Shown in pieces: positions 1 through 8,708 of a stretch of 64,000 bases of DNA (its first letter is position 1; each line of letters starts with the position of its first letter). The translations under genes and the position numbers were made by a program. The notes beneath the pieces are model-generated. The model was not told where the DNA came from, did no database searches, and was given only the letters and a program-made list of their open reading frames with translations. Source of the DNA: a virus (lineage: Duplodnaviria > Caudoviricetes). The DNA lies in the IMG/VR virus record IMGVR_UViG_3300005535_000018, positions 39,500-103,499 of that record, one strand, 5' to 3'.

Positions 1-92
1 CAGCTCGGCCCGGCCGTAGGCAGCCGTATGGGGCGGTGACCCACGCACGCCCCGCGGGTCACCACCCCGGCGCACAGTGTGCCGGGCGGCGG

Positions 93-377
93 CTACGGCT
101 CAGTACAGCCGCCCGGCCGATCGAAGGCGGTCGTTTGGTGGGGTCGGTTCCGGGAATCCAGGCCGTCGAGCAGAGCCTGGATTGCCGCCGCGCCGGACCG
201 GCGGGCGAGACGGTCGATGTGGAGCCAGACGCGGCGCTGCTCGTCGTCGGGCAGGGCCGCGACCGAGGCGGGTGGGGTTGCGTCGGGCCCTTTCAACCAC
301 CACGCGATCTGGTCGATGAGACCTTCAACGGTGAGGCGGCGCTGCTCGCCCGTGTCCGGGTCGGCTGTGGCGCTCAT
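93..377 (-). CDS. Hypothetical protein
   Basis: ATG overlaps the stop of the upstream gene (ATGA); GC3-rich frame. Confidence 0.6.
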   Translation of the reverse strand: MSATADPDTGEQRRLTVEGLIDQIAWWLKGPDATPPASVAALPDDEQRRVWLHIDRLARRSGAAAIQALLDGLDSRNRPHQTTAFDRPGGCTEP

Positions 378-604
378 CGCCGCGTGGCCGCGGCGGGCAG
401 GGGCCGTACGCCGGCCCGCATCACGAACACCGATCTGCGCTCGACCGCTTCGCCTTGCTCGTCGACCTCGTAGCCGTCGAGCCACACCCACCCGTCGGCC
501 CCGGCGGTGGCGGCGGGCAGCTCCCGAATGATCCGGAACCCGATCGGTTTGACGAACTGTGGCGAGGCCGCCCGGCCCAGCAGGACCACATCACCGGCTC
601 GCAT
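374..604 (-). CDS. Small conserved hypothetical protein of the Micromonospora type
   Basis: GDVVLLGRAASPQF..FRIIR..DGWVWLDGYE...RRSVFV motif; AAGGGAG RBS. Confidence 0.75.
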   Translation of the reverse strand: MRAGDVVLLGRAASPQFVKPIGFRIIRELPAATAGADGWVWLDGYEVDEQGEAVERRSVFVMRAGVRPLPAAATRR

Positions 605-664
605 CCTGTCGCTCCCTTGCCTCGGTAGGCCCCCGGCAGCGCAACCCCCTGGGCTGACCGAGAA

Positions 665-692
665 GGCCGCACCCGAATCATCGGGTGCGGCC
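665..692 (-). terminator. Intrinsic terminator-like hairpin
   Basis: GGCCGCACCCGA-ATCA-TCGGGTGCGGCC, followed by TTCT on the minus strand. Confidence 0.6.
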
Positions 693-729
693 CCGGGGCG
701 TGTTACGCGCGCCGGCCCGGTTTGTCTGT

Positions 730-1068
730 TCAGCCGGGTCGGGTGTGCCCGCCGGTACTGGGCCCGGCCGCCGGGCGTCCCTCGATCGGGTCGGCCGGTC
801 GGGGGTCGCCGAGGAAGAACCGCAACGCCTGGTCCGGGTCGGTGTACAGGAGGAGCTGCGTGCCGGCCGGGTTGGTGACGGCCCACCCGTTGCGGCCGAA
901 GGCGTACAGGGCTTCGGCCGCGCCGTCGACGAGGCCGGCCCGCCACGCCGCCCGGAACGCGGCCGGGTCGGCGGGGGCCAGGCGGTAGATCTCGCCGTGC
1001 CACACGAACGACCACCCGGCCGGGGTCAGCTCGACGCGGGGGTCGGCGTCGTAGCCGGTGGGGTCCAT
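730..1068 (-). CDS. Hypothetical protein
   Basis: Protein-like composition; co-oriented with the operon. Confidence 0.55.
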   Translation of the reverse strand: MDPTGYDADPRVELTPAGWSFVWHGEIYRLAPADPAAFRAAWRAGLVDGAAEALYAFGRNGWAVTNPAGTQLLLYTDPDQALRFFLGDPRPADPIEGRPAAGPSTGGHTRPG

Positions 1069-1096
1069 GCCGAAACTTTGTTTCACAGTTCCGGGT

Positions 1097-1309
1097 TCAC
1101 CAACCCGGCTCGCCCGCGGCCCGGGCCCGGGCGGCGTGCCGTTCCACCGCGGCCTCAACCTCGGCCCGCTCGTCGGGGGCCAGCTCGGCCATCACCCGGG
1201 CGTACATGCCCGGGTCGATTGGGTTCGCGGCGATGCGGGCCAGCAGCCGGGTCGTGACCGCGTCGTACGACGCCTGCGACGCCTCACCGTCGCTGGAGCT
1301 CCCGGTCAT
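1097..1309 (-). CDS. Hypothetical protein
   Basis: Overlapping start/stop chain. Confidence 0.6.
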   Translation of the reverse strand: MTGSSSDGEASQASYDAVTTRLLARIAANPIDPGMYARVMAELAPDERAEVEAAVERHAARARAAGEPGW

Positions 1310-1506
1310 CGGTCTACGGCGCGGAGCACCTCGCGCACCTCGTCGAGCCGCTCCGGAATCGTGGCCCCGTCGCGAACCATGGCCTCGTTCACGAGATTCC
1401 AGGCGTACTCGTCGCGGGTCGCGCTCGGGAAGATCCGGGCGTTGCGTTCACGCCGGGCCTCGATCTCGTCGCTGGCCGTCTCGGCCGTCCACCGCTCGCC
1501 GCCCAT
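1306..1506 (-). CDS. Hypothetical protein
   Basis: GGGAGG RBS; translational coupling. Confidence 0.65.
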   Translation of the reverse strand: MGGERWTAETASDEIEARRERNARIFPSATRDEYAWNLVNEAMVRDGATIPERLDEVREVLRAVDR

Positions 1507-1727
1507 CAGCCCTCCCCTGCCGCTGCTGCCCTGGCCTGGTAGGCGGCCTCGGTGACCACCTCGATGGTCATGTCGCCCGATGCCAGGTCGGCCGCGAACG
1601 TCTCGAGCACGAATGCCGTGCCGTTCGTGGCCTCGTCCCGGCTGCGGGGCGAGCTGGCCACGACGCCGCCGGCCCGACCACGCAACACGACCCGGTACAG
1701 GTCGTCGCTGTCAGCCGAGCCCGTCAT
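1506..1727 (-). CDS. Hypothetical protein
   Basis: MTGSADSDD start after a GAGGGG RBS; coupled. Confidence 0.6.
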   Translation of the reverse strand: MTGSADSDDLYRVVLRGRAGGVVASSPRSRDEATNGTAFVLETFAADLASGDMTIEVVTEAAYQARAAAAGEG

Positions 1728-1941
1728 CGTGGCCCCCCCTCGCCGCCGTGTAGTCGTCGATGCGTTGTGTGCGGCCCTCCCGCAGCCCATCGCGGTACGC
1801 GCGAGACGAGAACGACGCCTCGTCGTACGCGGCCGGGTTCCCGTCCGGGTCGATGCCGCTGCGGCCCACGGCGTAGCCGTCACGCCGGCCCGCCTCACGA
1901 AGCGCCGCCCGGCGCTTCTCGCCTCTCTGGTCGTCGCTCAC
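1711..1941 (-). CDS. Hypothetical protein
   Basis: Coupled small ORF. Confidence 0.6.
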   Translation of the reverse strand: MSDDQRGEKRRAALREAGRRDGYAVGRSGIDPDGNPAAYDEASFSSRAYRDGLREGRTQRIDDYTAARGGHDDGLG

Positions 1942-2165
1942 TTGTCTCCCCCTCTGCCTAGGTTGTGCAGGCGCCGGTACTCGCGGGCCCAGCGGTTCGG
2001 GTGGTCGACGTGGGCCACGTCGACACCACTGTTGCCGGTCGGCTGGCCCTGCTCGTCCCAGCCGTCGTCGCTGAACCCGAACCGGCCGGTGGTGAGGCCG
2101 TCGTACTGGGGGCGGCGCTCCGGGTCCATGAGCAGGTTCGCCCGCTCCGCGTCGCGGTCAGCCAC
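1938..2165 (-). CDS. Hypothetical protein
   Basis: GTG start VADRDAER; coupled. Confidence 0.55.
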   Translation of the reverse strand: MADRDAERANLLMDPERRPQYDGLTTGRFGFSDDGWDEQGQPTGNSGVDVAHVDHPNRWAREYRRLHNLGRGGDK

Positions 2166-2424
2166 TGCCCCGCCCCTCGTCGATCCGGTTGGCGATGGCC
2201 TGATCCATGGTGTCGACGATGGCCGACCGGTCGCCGTCGGTGCCGACGTCGTGGCAGGCCAGCTTCGTCGACCAGCCGCCACCCCCCATCTGCTGCACGA
2301 TGTGCGCCCCGTTGTCATCCAGGCGGTCGGCGTTGACCATCGCCGGCACGTCGGGTGGCCAGCCGTCGGTCGCCCACTTGACCCTGGGGTCGTCGCGGTA
2401 GCGGCTCGCTTCACGTCTGTCCAT
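2158..2424 (-). CDS. Hypothetical protein
   Basis: GAGGAAGGA RBS. Confidence 0.65.
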   Translation of the reverse strand: MDRREASRYRDDPRVKWATDGWPPDVPAMVNADRLDDNGAHIVQQMGGGGWSTKLACHDVGTDGDRSAIVDTMDQAIANRIDEGRGSG

Positions 2425-2451
2425 GGTGGACTGTCCTTCCTCGAGGGGGGG

Positions 2452-2718
2452 TTAGCGGCGGCGGGTTGCGCGTCGCTCGTCGGCGCGGGACTCCCGCAGG
2501 TAGTTGATGACGTGGCGGCCCCACCGCAGCCGCCGGCCGGTGCCGCCGCACCGCCGGCACTCCCGCCAGGCTTTGCCCGAGGGTGAGCGGGTCTTGCCGT
2601 CGCCGTTGCACTTGACGCACGACGCGAACGGCCACAGCAGACACGCCACCCAATACACGGCCCCGGCGACCAGGCCCGTGAGCACCGTGACCGCGGCGGC
2701 GACGGCGGTGCCGCTCAC
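2452..2718 (-). CDS. Small membrane-anchored zinc-finger protein (DnaJ-like CxxCxGxG), typical of actinomycete transfer regions
   Basis: N-terminal hydrophobic segment, then CVKCNGDG...CRRCGGTG. Confidence 0.7.
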   Translation of the reverse strand: MSGTAVAAAVTVLTGLVAGAVYWVACLLWPFASCVKCNGDGKTRSPSGKAWRECRRCGGTGRRLRWGRHVINYLRESRADERRATRRR

Positions 2719-3059
2719 GAGCCGACCCCGGCCGGCACGGTGACGATGGTGGCCTGGCAGATCTGCCTGGTGACGATCGCGGCGTAGGCCCGGGCCCGGG
2801 CCGGGTCGGTGGGCAGGTCCACCACGGCCCGGACCTCCATCCGGTTGGTGCCGCCGCGGGTCTGGACCCGGGTCAGGACGACCCGGCCGGCGTCGGTGTC
2901 CATGGTGACCGGGTGGGAGCGGTGCTCGCCGTTGGACATCACCTCGGCCGAGCACACATGCGACCGGCCGCACCAGTCGGGGTGCGACGGACGCCGCCGA
3001 CGGCGGCTGGTCACCACCGGCGGGGGTGCCGTCACCGTGCGGCGGACGAGGCGGATCAC
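2715..3059 (-). CDS. Hypothetical protein
   Basis: GTGA overlaps on both sides; HPDWC..HVC motif. Confidence 0.6.
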   Translation of the reverse strand: MIRLVRRTVTAPPPVVTSRRRRRPSHPDWCGRSHVCSAEVMSNGEHRSHPVTMDTDAGRVVLTRVQTRGGTNRMEVRAVVDLPTDPARARAYAAIVTRQICQATIVTVPAGVGS

Positions 3060-3496
3060 CACGCCCCCGCCAGGGCCAGGTCCTCGTCGGCGACGTCGGT
3101 GCCGTCCGGGTCGCAGGCCCGGCCGCCCGGGCCGGCGAAGCAGTTCATGCCCAGCCGGTAGTCGGCGATGACCTGCTGCACGGCAGGTGAGGCGGCGGCC
3201 AGCCACGCGGCGGCGTTGTCGGCCCGCAGGGTGTACCAGTCGGCGTCGGTCGCAGCCACGGCCAGGGCGGCCCGAGCGCAGCAGGTGATGCACCCGGCAC
3301 CGCCGACCAGGGGCCGCCCGGTCGGCGAGTGGACGACCCGGAAGGTGTGGGGCCAGCGTGGGTCGTTGGTTGACGCGATGGCCAGGTGCGGGCCCAGCCG
3401 GACGTTGAGTGCCTTGAGGTTGACGGGGCGGGTGTGGGTCCAGTAGGCGCGGCCGGTCGCGTGCTCGTAGATGCGGGCCACAAGGCGGTCCATCAT
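3056..3496 (-). CDS. Hypothetical protein
   Basis: GGAGG RBS before MMDRL. Confidence 0.65.
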   Translation of the reverse strand: MMDRLVARIYEHATGRAYWTHTRPVNLKALNVRLGPHLAIASTNDPRWPHTFRVVHSPTGRPLVGGAGCITCCARAALAVAATDADWYTLRADNAAAWLAAASPAVQQVIADYRLGMNCFAGPGGRACDPDGTDVADEDLALAGAW

Positions 3497-3712
3497 CGGT
3501 GGTGCCCTCCAGTTCGGCGGTGGGTGCCGGGGCGCTGGCTGATAGAGGTCGGGCAGCGCCCCGGCCGGGTAGGTAGGCGGTCGGTTAGCGGCGGGCGACC
3601 TGGTGCCGGCTGGCCCGGGCCAGCTCGGCGGCTCGCAACTTGTCGTCAAGCGCCGTCGAGTTGTTGGTGTCGTCGGCGAGTTCGGCCCGCTGTTGGGCCC
3701 TGGACGGTTTGC

Positions 3713-3925
3713 TCATTCCTGTTCGGCTCCTCTCGCAGCCGCACGGGCGGCGAGGGCGTCACACGTCGCCACCGCCCGATGGGCCTCCCTGGCCAACATG
3801 GCCTGGTCGGCGGTTGACAGTCCCCGTATCGATTCCGGCGGGTACGCCGCACCCGATGCCTGCCACTCGATCGCGTCCGTCGCGATCTGCGCGGCCCGTT
3901 TGGCGTCCCGGCCGGTCGTCGTCAC
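3713..3925 (-). CDS. Hypothetical protein
   Basis: GAGGAG RBS before GTG. Confidence 0.6.
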   Translation of the reverse strand: MTTTGRDAKRAAQIATDAIEWQASGAAYPPESIRGLSTADQAMLAREAHRAVATCDALAARAAARGAEQE

Positions 3926-3948
3926 TTCGCTACTCCTCTCCGCGTCGC

Positions 3949-4152
3949 CTACTGGTGGCCGAAGGTGACCTGGTCGGCCCGAATGTCCAGGCCGTCCATC
4001 GCCCGGGCGGGTCGCTCGGGCCGTGTTGCCCGCTCGTCCGTGCCTGTCTCGTTGAGGGTGCCGACGATGGTTTGGCCGTCGCCGAACCCGATCGCACCGG
4101 CCTGAACCGGGCCGTTGAACGTGACGCCGTCGTGCTCTGCGTCGAACTGCAC
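3949..4152 (-). CDS. Hypothetical protein
   Basis: AAGGAAGG RBS before GTG. Confidence 0.55.
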   Translation of the reverse strand: MQFDAEHDGVTFNGPVQAGAIGFGDGQTIVGTLNETGTDERATRPERPARAMDGLDIRADQVTFGHQ

Positions 4153-4247
4153 GTGCGTAGTCCTTCCTTTGCTTGCGGGTGTGTGGGGGCCCTGGCAGTC
4201 GGGGCGGGCCCCCACGAGGGCCCAGGGGCTCCTTCCTGCGGGTGGGG

Positions 4248-5528
4248 TTAGGCCGCCGCGGCGACGGTGGCGCGGCGGTGGGGCTTGAACGGCAAGGTCG
4301 CCGTGGCCAGGTGATCGATGGTGTCGTCGGACACCCACGCGACCTTGATGCGTACCGGCACGCCACCCGGGCCGAGCAGCAGTGCCACACCCCGCGCCTC
4401 GAGGTCGATCTCGGCGGCGTTGTAGCCGCTGGCGGCTTTGCCGTCGCCGAGGATGACGTCTGAGTTGGAGGAGTTCGCCGTCTTGAACGCGGCCCTGATG
4501 CCGAACAGGTCGGACAGGGCCCGCGGCACGACGTCCTGGGTGGGGCGCTGGGTGCCGATCACCGGGATGAGGCCGGCGGCCCGGCCCCGTGAGACCACGT
4601 CACGGGCGGTCGACGCGAACCGCTCCCGCTGGGCACCCGACCCGACCGTTGCGGTGTGGTAGGCCAGCTCATCGATCGCCAACAGGAACGGGTGCAGGCC
4701 CAACACCTCGGCCACCTCGGGGGTGAGCTTGCGCACGACGCCCGGCAGGGCCTCCATCGCGGCCAACCGGTCGTCGACCTCGGCCTGCACGGCCTCCAAC
4801 ACCGCCAGGGCCTCGTCCGGGTCTTTCTGGGCGTACATGGTGGCCCTCGCCCGCCACGGCCCGAACTGCACACCCTGCGGGTCGATCAGGTACAGGGGGG
4901 CCGGCGACTTCGCCCCGGTCGACACGACCAGGTTCAGCAGGGACGACTTGCCGGAGTCCATGATGCCGCCCGCGATCACACCCCGACCGACCAGCGACAG
5001 CCGCAGGTCGACGCCCAGTTCGGTCATGCCCAGGTGCACCGGGTCCCACAGCGACAGGGTCGGCTTGTCCTGGTCGAGCCACGCCACCGTCGCGACAGCG
5101 GCCAGCGGGTCACGTCGCACCACCTCCATGGTGATCTTGTTGGAGGCTTCAGGGTCACGATCGATGCGCACCGTGCGGGCATGCAACGCCGCCCGCAGCT
5201 CCTCCATGCGCAGCGACAGAAGTTCGGCCGAGTGGCCGGGCCGGGTGCGCAGCTGCACCCGCTCACCGACCGGGGTGGCCTTCACCGACCACACCCGCGG
5301 AACCTGGCCCGCCATGTTGGTCATCTTGGTGGCGGCCAGGCCGGCCCGGATGAGGCGACGGGTACGGCCGCACCGCATCCAGCCCAGGGCGACCCGACGC
5401 GACGGTGGGATGGCCAACGGCACACAGAGGGTTACGGCCAGGGCGAGAACGACGAGGGCCTCACGCCAGTACAGGTGGATCATTCGGCCGAGGTGGCCCC
5501 GGACGGTCGTGGGTGCGGGCATGGTCAT
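4248..5528 (-). CDS. FtsK/SpoIIIE-family ATPase (short TraB-like)
   Basis: N-terminal TM; Walker A GGIMDSGKS; Walker B LLAIDELA; RGRAAG..GTQRP. Confidence 0.9.
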   Translation of the reverse strand: MTMPAPTTVRGHLGRMIHLYWREALVVLALAVTLCVPLAIPPSRRVALGWMRCGRTRRLIRAGLAATKMTNMAGQVPRVWSVKATPVGERVQLRTRPGHSAELLSLRMEELRAALHARTVRIDRDPEASNKITMEVVRRDPLAAVATVAWLDQDKPTLSLWDPVHLGMTELGVDLRLSLVGRGVIAGGIMDSGKSSLLNLVVSTGAKSPAPLYLIDPQGVQFGPWRARATMYAQKDPDEALAVLEAVQAEVDDRLAAMEALPGVVRKLTPEVAEVLGLHPFLLAIDELAYHTATVGSGAQRERFASTARDVVSRGRAAGLIPVIGTQRPTQDVVPRALSDLFGIRAAFKTANSSNSDVILGDGKAASGYNAAEIDLEARGVALLLGPGGVPVRIKVAWVSDDTIDHLATATLPFKPHRRATVAAAA

Positions 5529-5749
5529 CCTTCTTCCGTGGGCCAGTTGGCCCGGTCAGCCGCACGGGCGGCGTAGGGATCGACGGCGCGTAGGACTTCG
5601 TGGTCGCGGTACTCGCGTTCCATGAGCAGGTCGGCGGTACCGCACACCCCGCCCGACCGGCACGTGCCGCAGGTGGCGGTATGGCCGTCGGTGTCGGCGA
5701 CCGACGCCAGGTAGTCGGCCCGTTGGGGGCGGCCCGGGGCGGCGCTCAC
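5525..5749 (-). CDS. Small Cys/His protein
   Basis: HxxxCxxC..C motif; coupled to both FtsK genes. Confidence 0.6.
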   Translation of the reverse strand: MSAAPGRPQRADYLASVADTDGHTATCGTCRSGGVCGTADLLMEREYRDHEVLRAVDPYAARAADRANWPTEEG

Positions 5750-7875
5750 GACCCGGCCCCGATCTGGCGGGCGGTCATCGCGTCGACCACCGCTTCAAGC
5801 TTCGCGCCCTTGAGCACGGCGCCCTTCTCCTTGCCGTTGACCGACGGGACACCCAACGCCCGGGCCTGGGCCGAGATGGCCTCCTGGCTCAGCGCCTCGT
5901 AAAAGTCCGGGAACTGCCCGACCAGCCGGCTGGCCAGCTGCTGCCAACTGACGAAGGCCTCACCGGCGTAGAACACCGACCGGACGTCGGCCAGCACGTC
6001 CCGGCTGGGGCGGGTCACGTCTTCGCCGGCCGCCATGCCGGACAGGGTCCCGGCCCGCTGCCGCAGAGCCCTGGCCGCGGTGAGGATCTTCTCGGCGTCC
6101 TGACCGTCGGCGAGGTACGTGCGCACCGTGGGCGAGGCGTCCGAGGCGCCCCGCAGGATGCCGACGCCCTTGTAGGTCGGCATGAGGGTTGAGGCGTCGA
6201 GACCTTCGCTGTAGGCCCCGGCGCCGAGGATCACGTCAGACACCTGCCACGACCCGACCCGCAGAGCGAGCCGGATTTGGTGCTGGTCACGGAACGCGGT
6301 GAAGGCGTTGGCGATCTGGCCGGTGCCGACCCCTGACGGCTTCTGTGTCGCGTCGAGCACGATCACCCCGGCGCCGGGGGCAACCTTGACCAGGTACACG
6401 AGCAGGCCGGCGATCTCCTTGGCGCTCTCGCCGGTGTCGAAGTACTCCTGCACCTCGTCGATCACCACCAGCCGCACCGGCATCCTGAACCGGGGGTCGC
6501 GGGCGATCGCGCGAGTGAGCTTCCCCTCGGGGCACACCTCGGGCGGGAGCTCGGACAGCCGCCGGTAGCGATCTTCGACGTCGGCGCGCAGCTCGCGCAG
6601 CGAGTCCAGGAACAGGTCGACCGGGTCGCCGTCGCGGGACAGGGCCAGCCCGAACCCGCACCGGTCGGCCACCAGCCGGAACGAGCGCCAGTCGGGTGAG
6701 CCCTTGCCGTCGAAGACGGTCAGCTTCACGTACGGGTCCATCGCCCCGTACAGGGCGATCGCGCGGGCGGTGAACGTCTTGCCGGCCCGGGGCACGGCCC
6801 CCACGAGGATCGAGTGCCACAGCAGCGGCACGACCACGGGCCGGCCCCGCTCATCCAGCCCGAGCGGGGCCGGCTCCCAGATGTCGGTCGGGCGTAGCCG
6901 CAGCAGCGGTGTCCGCCCGGCCGGCACGGCGAGCGGGTCACGGTCGGCGACCCAAAGAGTGTGGCGGCGCTGCGAGGTCGGGTCGCGGTGGATGAACACC
7001 TGCGACAGGGTCACGTCGAGACCGGACGCGATGCGGGGCCGGGCCTTGACCGCGTCTTCGAGGCCCCTGCCGTACGGGAGGTCGACCGTCACCCGGGAGC
7101 CCTCGCCGTCGCGGGCCATCGGCGACCCGAACATGATCTGCTGGTCTGGCTTGTCGGGGTGGCCGAGGCCGGCCGCGTAGTAGGCCCGCAACACGATGTC
7201 GGCGGTGAGCCTGCGGTACCGGCTGGTGACGACGGCGGCGGACACGATCGGCCGGCCGGCGGGGCGGCCCAGGTGCGCGAGAAGCGGCACCGCGACGGCC
7301 GCAACAAGGCCCCACGCCCAGTGGGGCGCCAGCACCTCGATCAGCACTGCCCCGACGGTGAGCGCGACCAGTTCGGCGCACAACACGATGCCTCGCCAGA
7401 GGCGCACGTTGCGGGCTTCCTTGTGCAACTTCAACCACGTGGCCGGGTCGTTCGCGTTGGCGGCTTCCTGCCGTAGCTGGTGCTGCTCGGTCAGCCACCA
7501 CCACCGCAGCTGCCGGCCGATCAGCCGGAACACGCCCACGATCGCCCACCAGGCCGCCAGCACGACATAGGCGGGCGACCGGACGGCGTGGAAGCCGACG
7601 CGGTGGCCGGTGCGGCCGGCGGTGCGCTTGACGGTCGGCACCAGGTTGGCGCCGCGCAGCGCCGCCGGGATGATCGGGCGAAGGTCGTCGACCTGGCTGG
7701 TGACGTCGACGTAGACCGGCCCGGTCGACGCCAGGGGCGGCTCGTCCAGCTCGATCTCGTAGTGCGTGTCCAGCAGCTCGCCGCGGCTGACCAGTTCGGC
7801 GCCGCCCCGCGGTGGCAGGTGGTAGACCCGGGCGCCCTCGTTGTCGACGTCGTCGTCGATCGGCTGCTGCGTCAT
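5746..7875 (-). CDS. FtsK/SpoIIIE conjugative DNA translocase (TraB-like)
   Basis: TM segments; Walker A GAVPRAGKT; Walker B LVVIDEVQE; ATQKP; C-terminal wHTH-like region. Confidence 0.92.
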   Translation of the reverse strand: MTQQPIDDDVDNEGARVYHLPPRGGAELVSRGELLDTHYEIELDEPPLASTGPVYVDVTSQVDDLRPIIPAALRGANLVPTVKRTAGRTGHRVGFHAVRSPAYVVLAAWWAIVGVFRLIGRQLRWWWLTEQHQLRQEAANANDPATWLKLHKEARNVRLWRGIVLCAELVALTVGAVLIEVLAPHWAWGLVAAVAVPLLAHLGRPAGRPIVSAAVVTSRYRRLTADIVLRAYYAAGLGHPDKPDQQIMFGSPMARDGEGSRVTVDLPYGRGLEDAVKARPRIASGLDVTLSQVFIHRDPTSQRRHTLWVADRDPLAVPAGRTPLLRLRPTDIWEPAPLGLDERGRPVVVPLLWHSILVGAVPRAGKTFTARAIALYGAMDPYVKLTVFDGKGSPDWRSFRLVADRCGFGLALSRDGDPVDLFLDSLRELRADVEDRYRRLSELPPEVCPEGKLTRAIARDPRFRMPVRLVVIDEVQEYFDTGESAKEIAGLLVYLVKVAPGAGVIVLDATQKPSGVGTGQIANAFTAFRDQHQIRLALRVGSWQVSDVILGAGAYSEGLDASTLMPTYKGVGILRGASDASPTVRTYLADGQDAEKILTAARALRQRAGTLSGMAAGEDVTRPSRDVLADVRSVFYAGEAFVSWQQLASRLVGQFPDFYEALSQEAISAQARALGVPSVNGKEKGAVLKGAKLEAVVDAMTARQIGAGS

Positions 7876-7960
7876 GACCTGCCCCCGAGGTAGCTCGTAG
7901 CGGCCGGGACGGGTGCAGTGGGCCCGAAAACCGGCCCCCCAGCCCCGGGTGCCGTCGTGG

Positions 7961-8037
7961 CGCTACCCGCTACCTGAGGCCGTCTGCGCTGGTCAGCCGG
8001 TAGCGGCCGCGGTAGCGGTGCCGCTACCCCGGTAGCG
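7961..8037. repeat. Six copies of CGCTACC/GGTAGCG in both orientations
   Basis: Copies at 7961, 7968, 8022 (+) and 7999, 8011, 8031 (-). Confidence 0.8.
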
Positions 8038-8225
8038 GCACCCTTGCGACCGGACCGGCGCACAGGCACCCCCGCGGGCGCCGTGGACAGGCCAGTGCGG
8101 GCGTGCGCTTGCGGGCCCGGGCGGGCGCTCGTACCCTCGCGCGTGCGCGGGCGCGCGCCCGGGCCCACGCGCGAGCCCGCGGCATCGCGGGGGCGGGCGG
8201 AGGCGGGCGCGCACCGCCCGGGGGA

Positions 8226-8643
8226 GGGCCCAACTTCGGCCCCAGCCGGGGCACAACTTGACGCCCCGAAGTTGGGTTCGTCTGCACCGCTGTAACGGCC
8301 CTCAGCCGGGCCCAACTTCGGGGCACCATCTGACCCGAAGTTGGGCCCGGCGAGGGCCCAACAACGTCCACAACGTCGGCGGGAGGCACCGCAAAGTTGG
8401 GCTTGGGGAAGCTCGTCACGGGTCGCGTCGCCCCACGCCGATGTTGTGGACAGATCCTGCTGGTCGTGGCCGGTTCCGGAAGGGTCTGACCGGACCCAAC
8501 TTGACGCCCAGGCGGCCGCCATCACGCGGCCGGCCGGGCCCAACAACGACAGCCGAATCGAGCCGTTGGCGGACCCAACATCGCCACGCACCACATGCTC
8601 CGGGCGGGCCCAACTTCGCAGGCCGGCGGCGGGCCCAACTTCG
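8226..8643. repeat. About 14 copies of a GGGCCCAACTTCG-like motif; candidate clt or protein-binding array
   Basis: Exact copies at 8226, 8308, 8606, 8631 (+) and 8336 (-), plus about 9 variants. Confidence 0.85.
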
Positions 8644-8708
8644 CCCGCACAGCAGCGGTGGTGGTTGGTGAGTGTGAACATCGCGGCGGTGGGTCCTTCC
8701 TGGGCGGG

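Noticed and set aside
8226-8643. 13-mer repeats as a CRISPR or guide-RNA array
   Set aside because: Mixed orientation, irregular spacing, short unit and no adjacent effector.
7872-8681. 269-aa minus-strand ORF
   Set aside because: Its sequence merely translates the DNA repeats in a stop-poor GC-rich region. It cannot be fully excluded.
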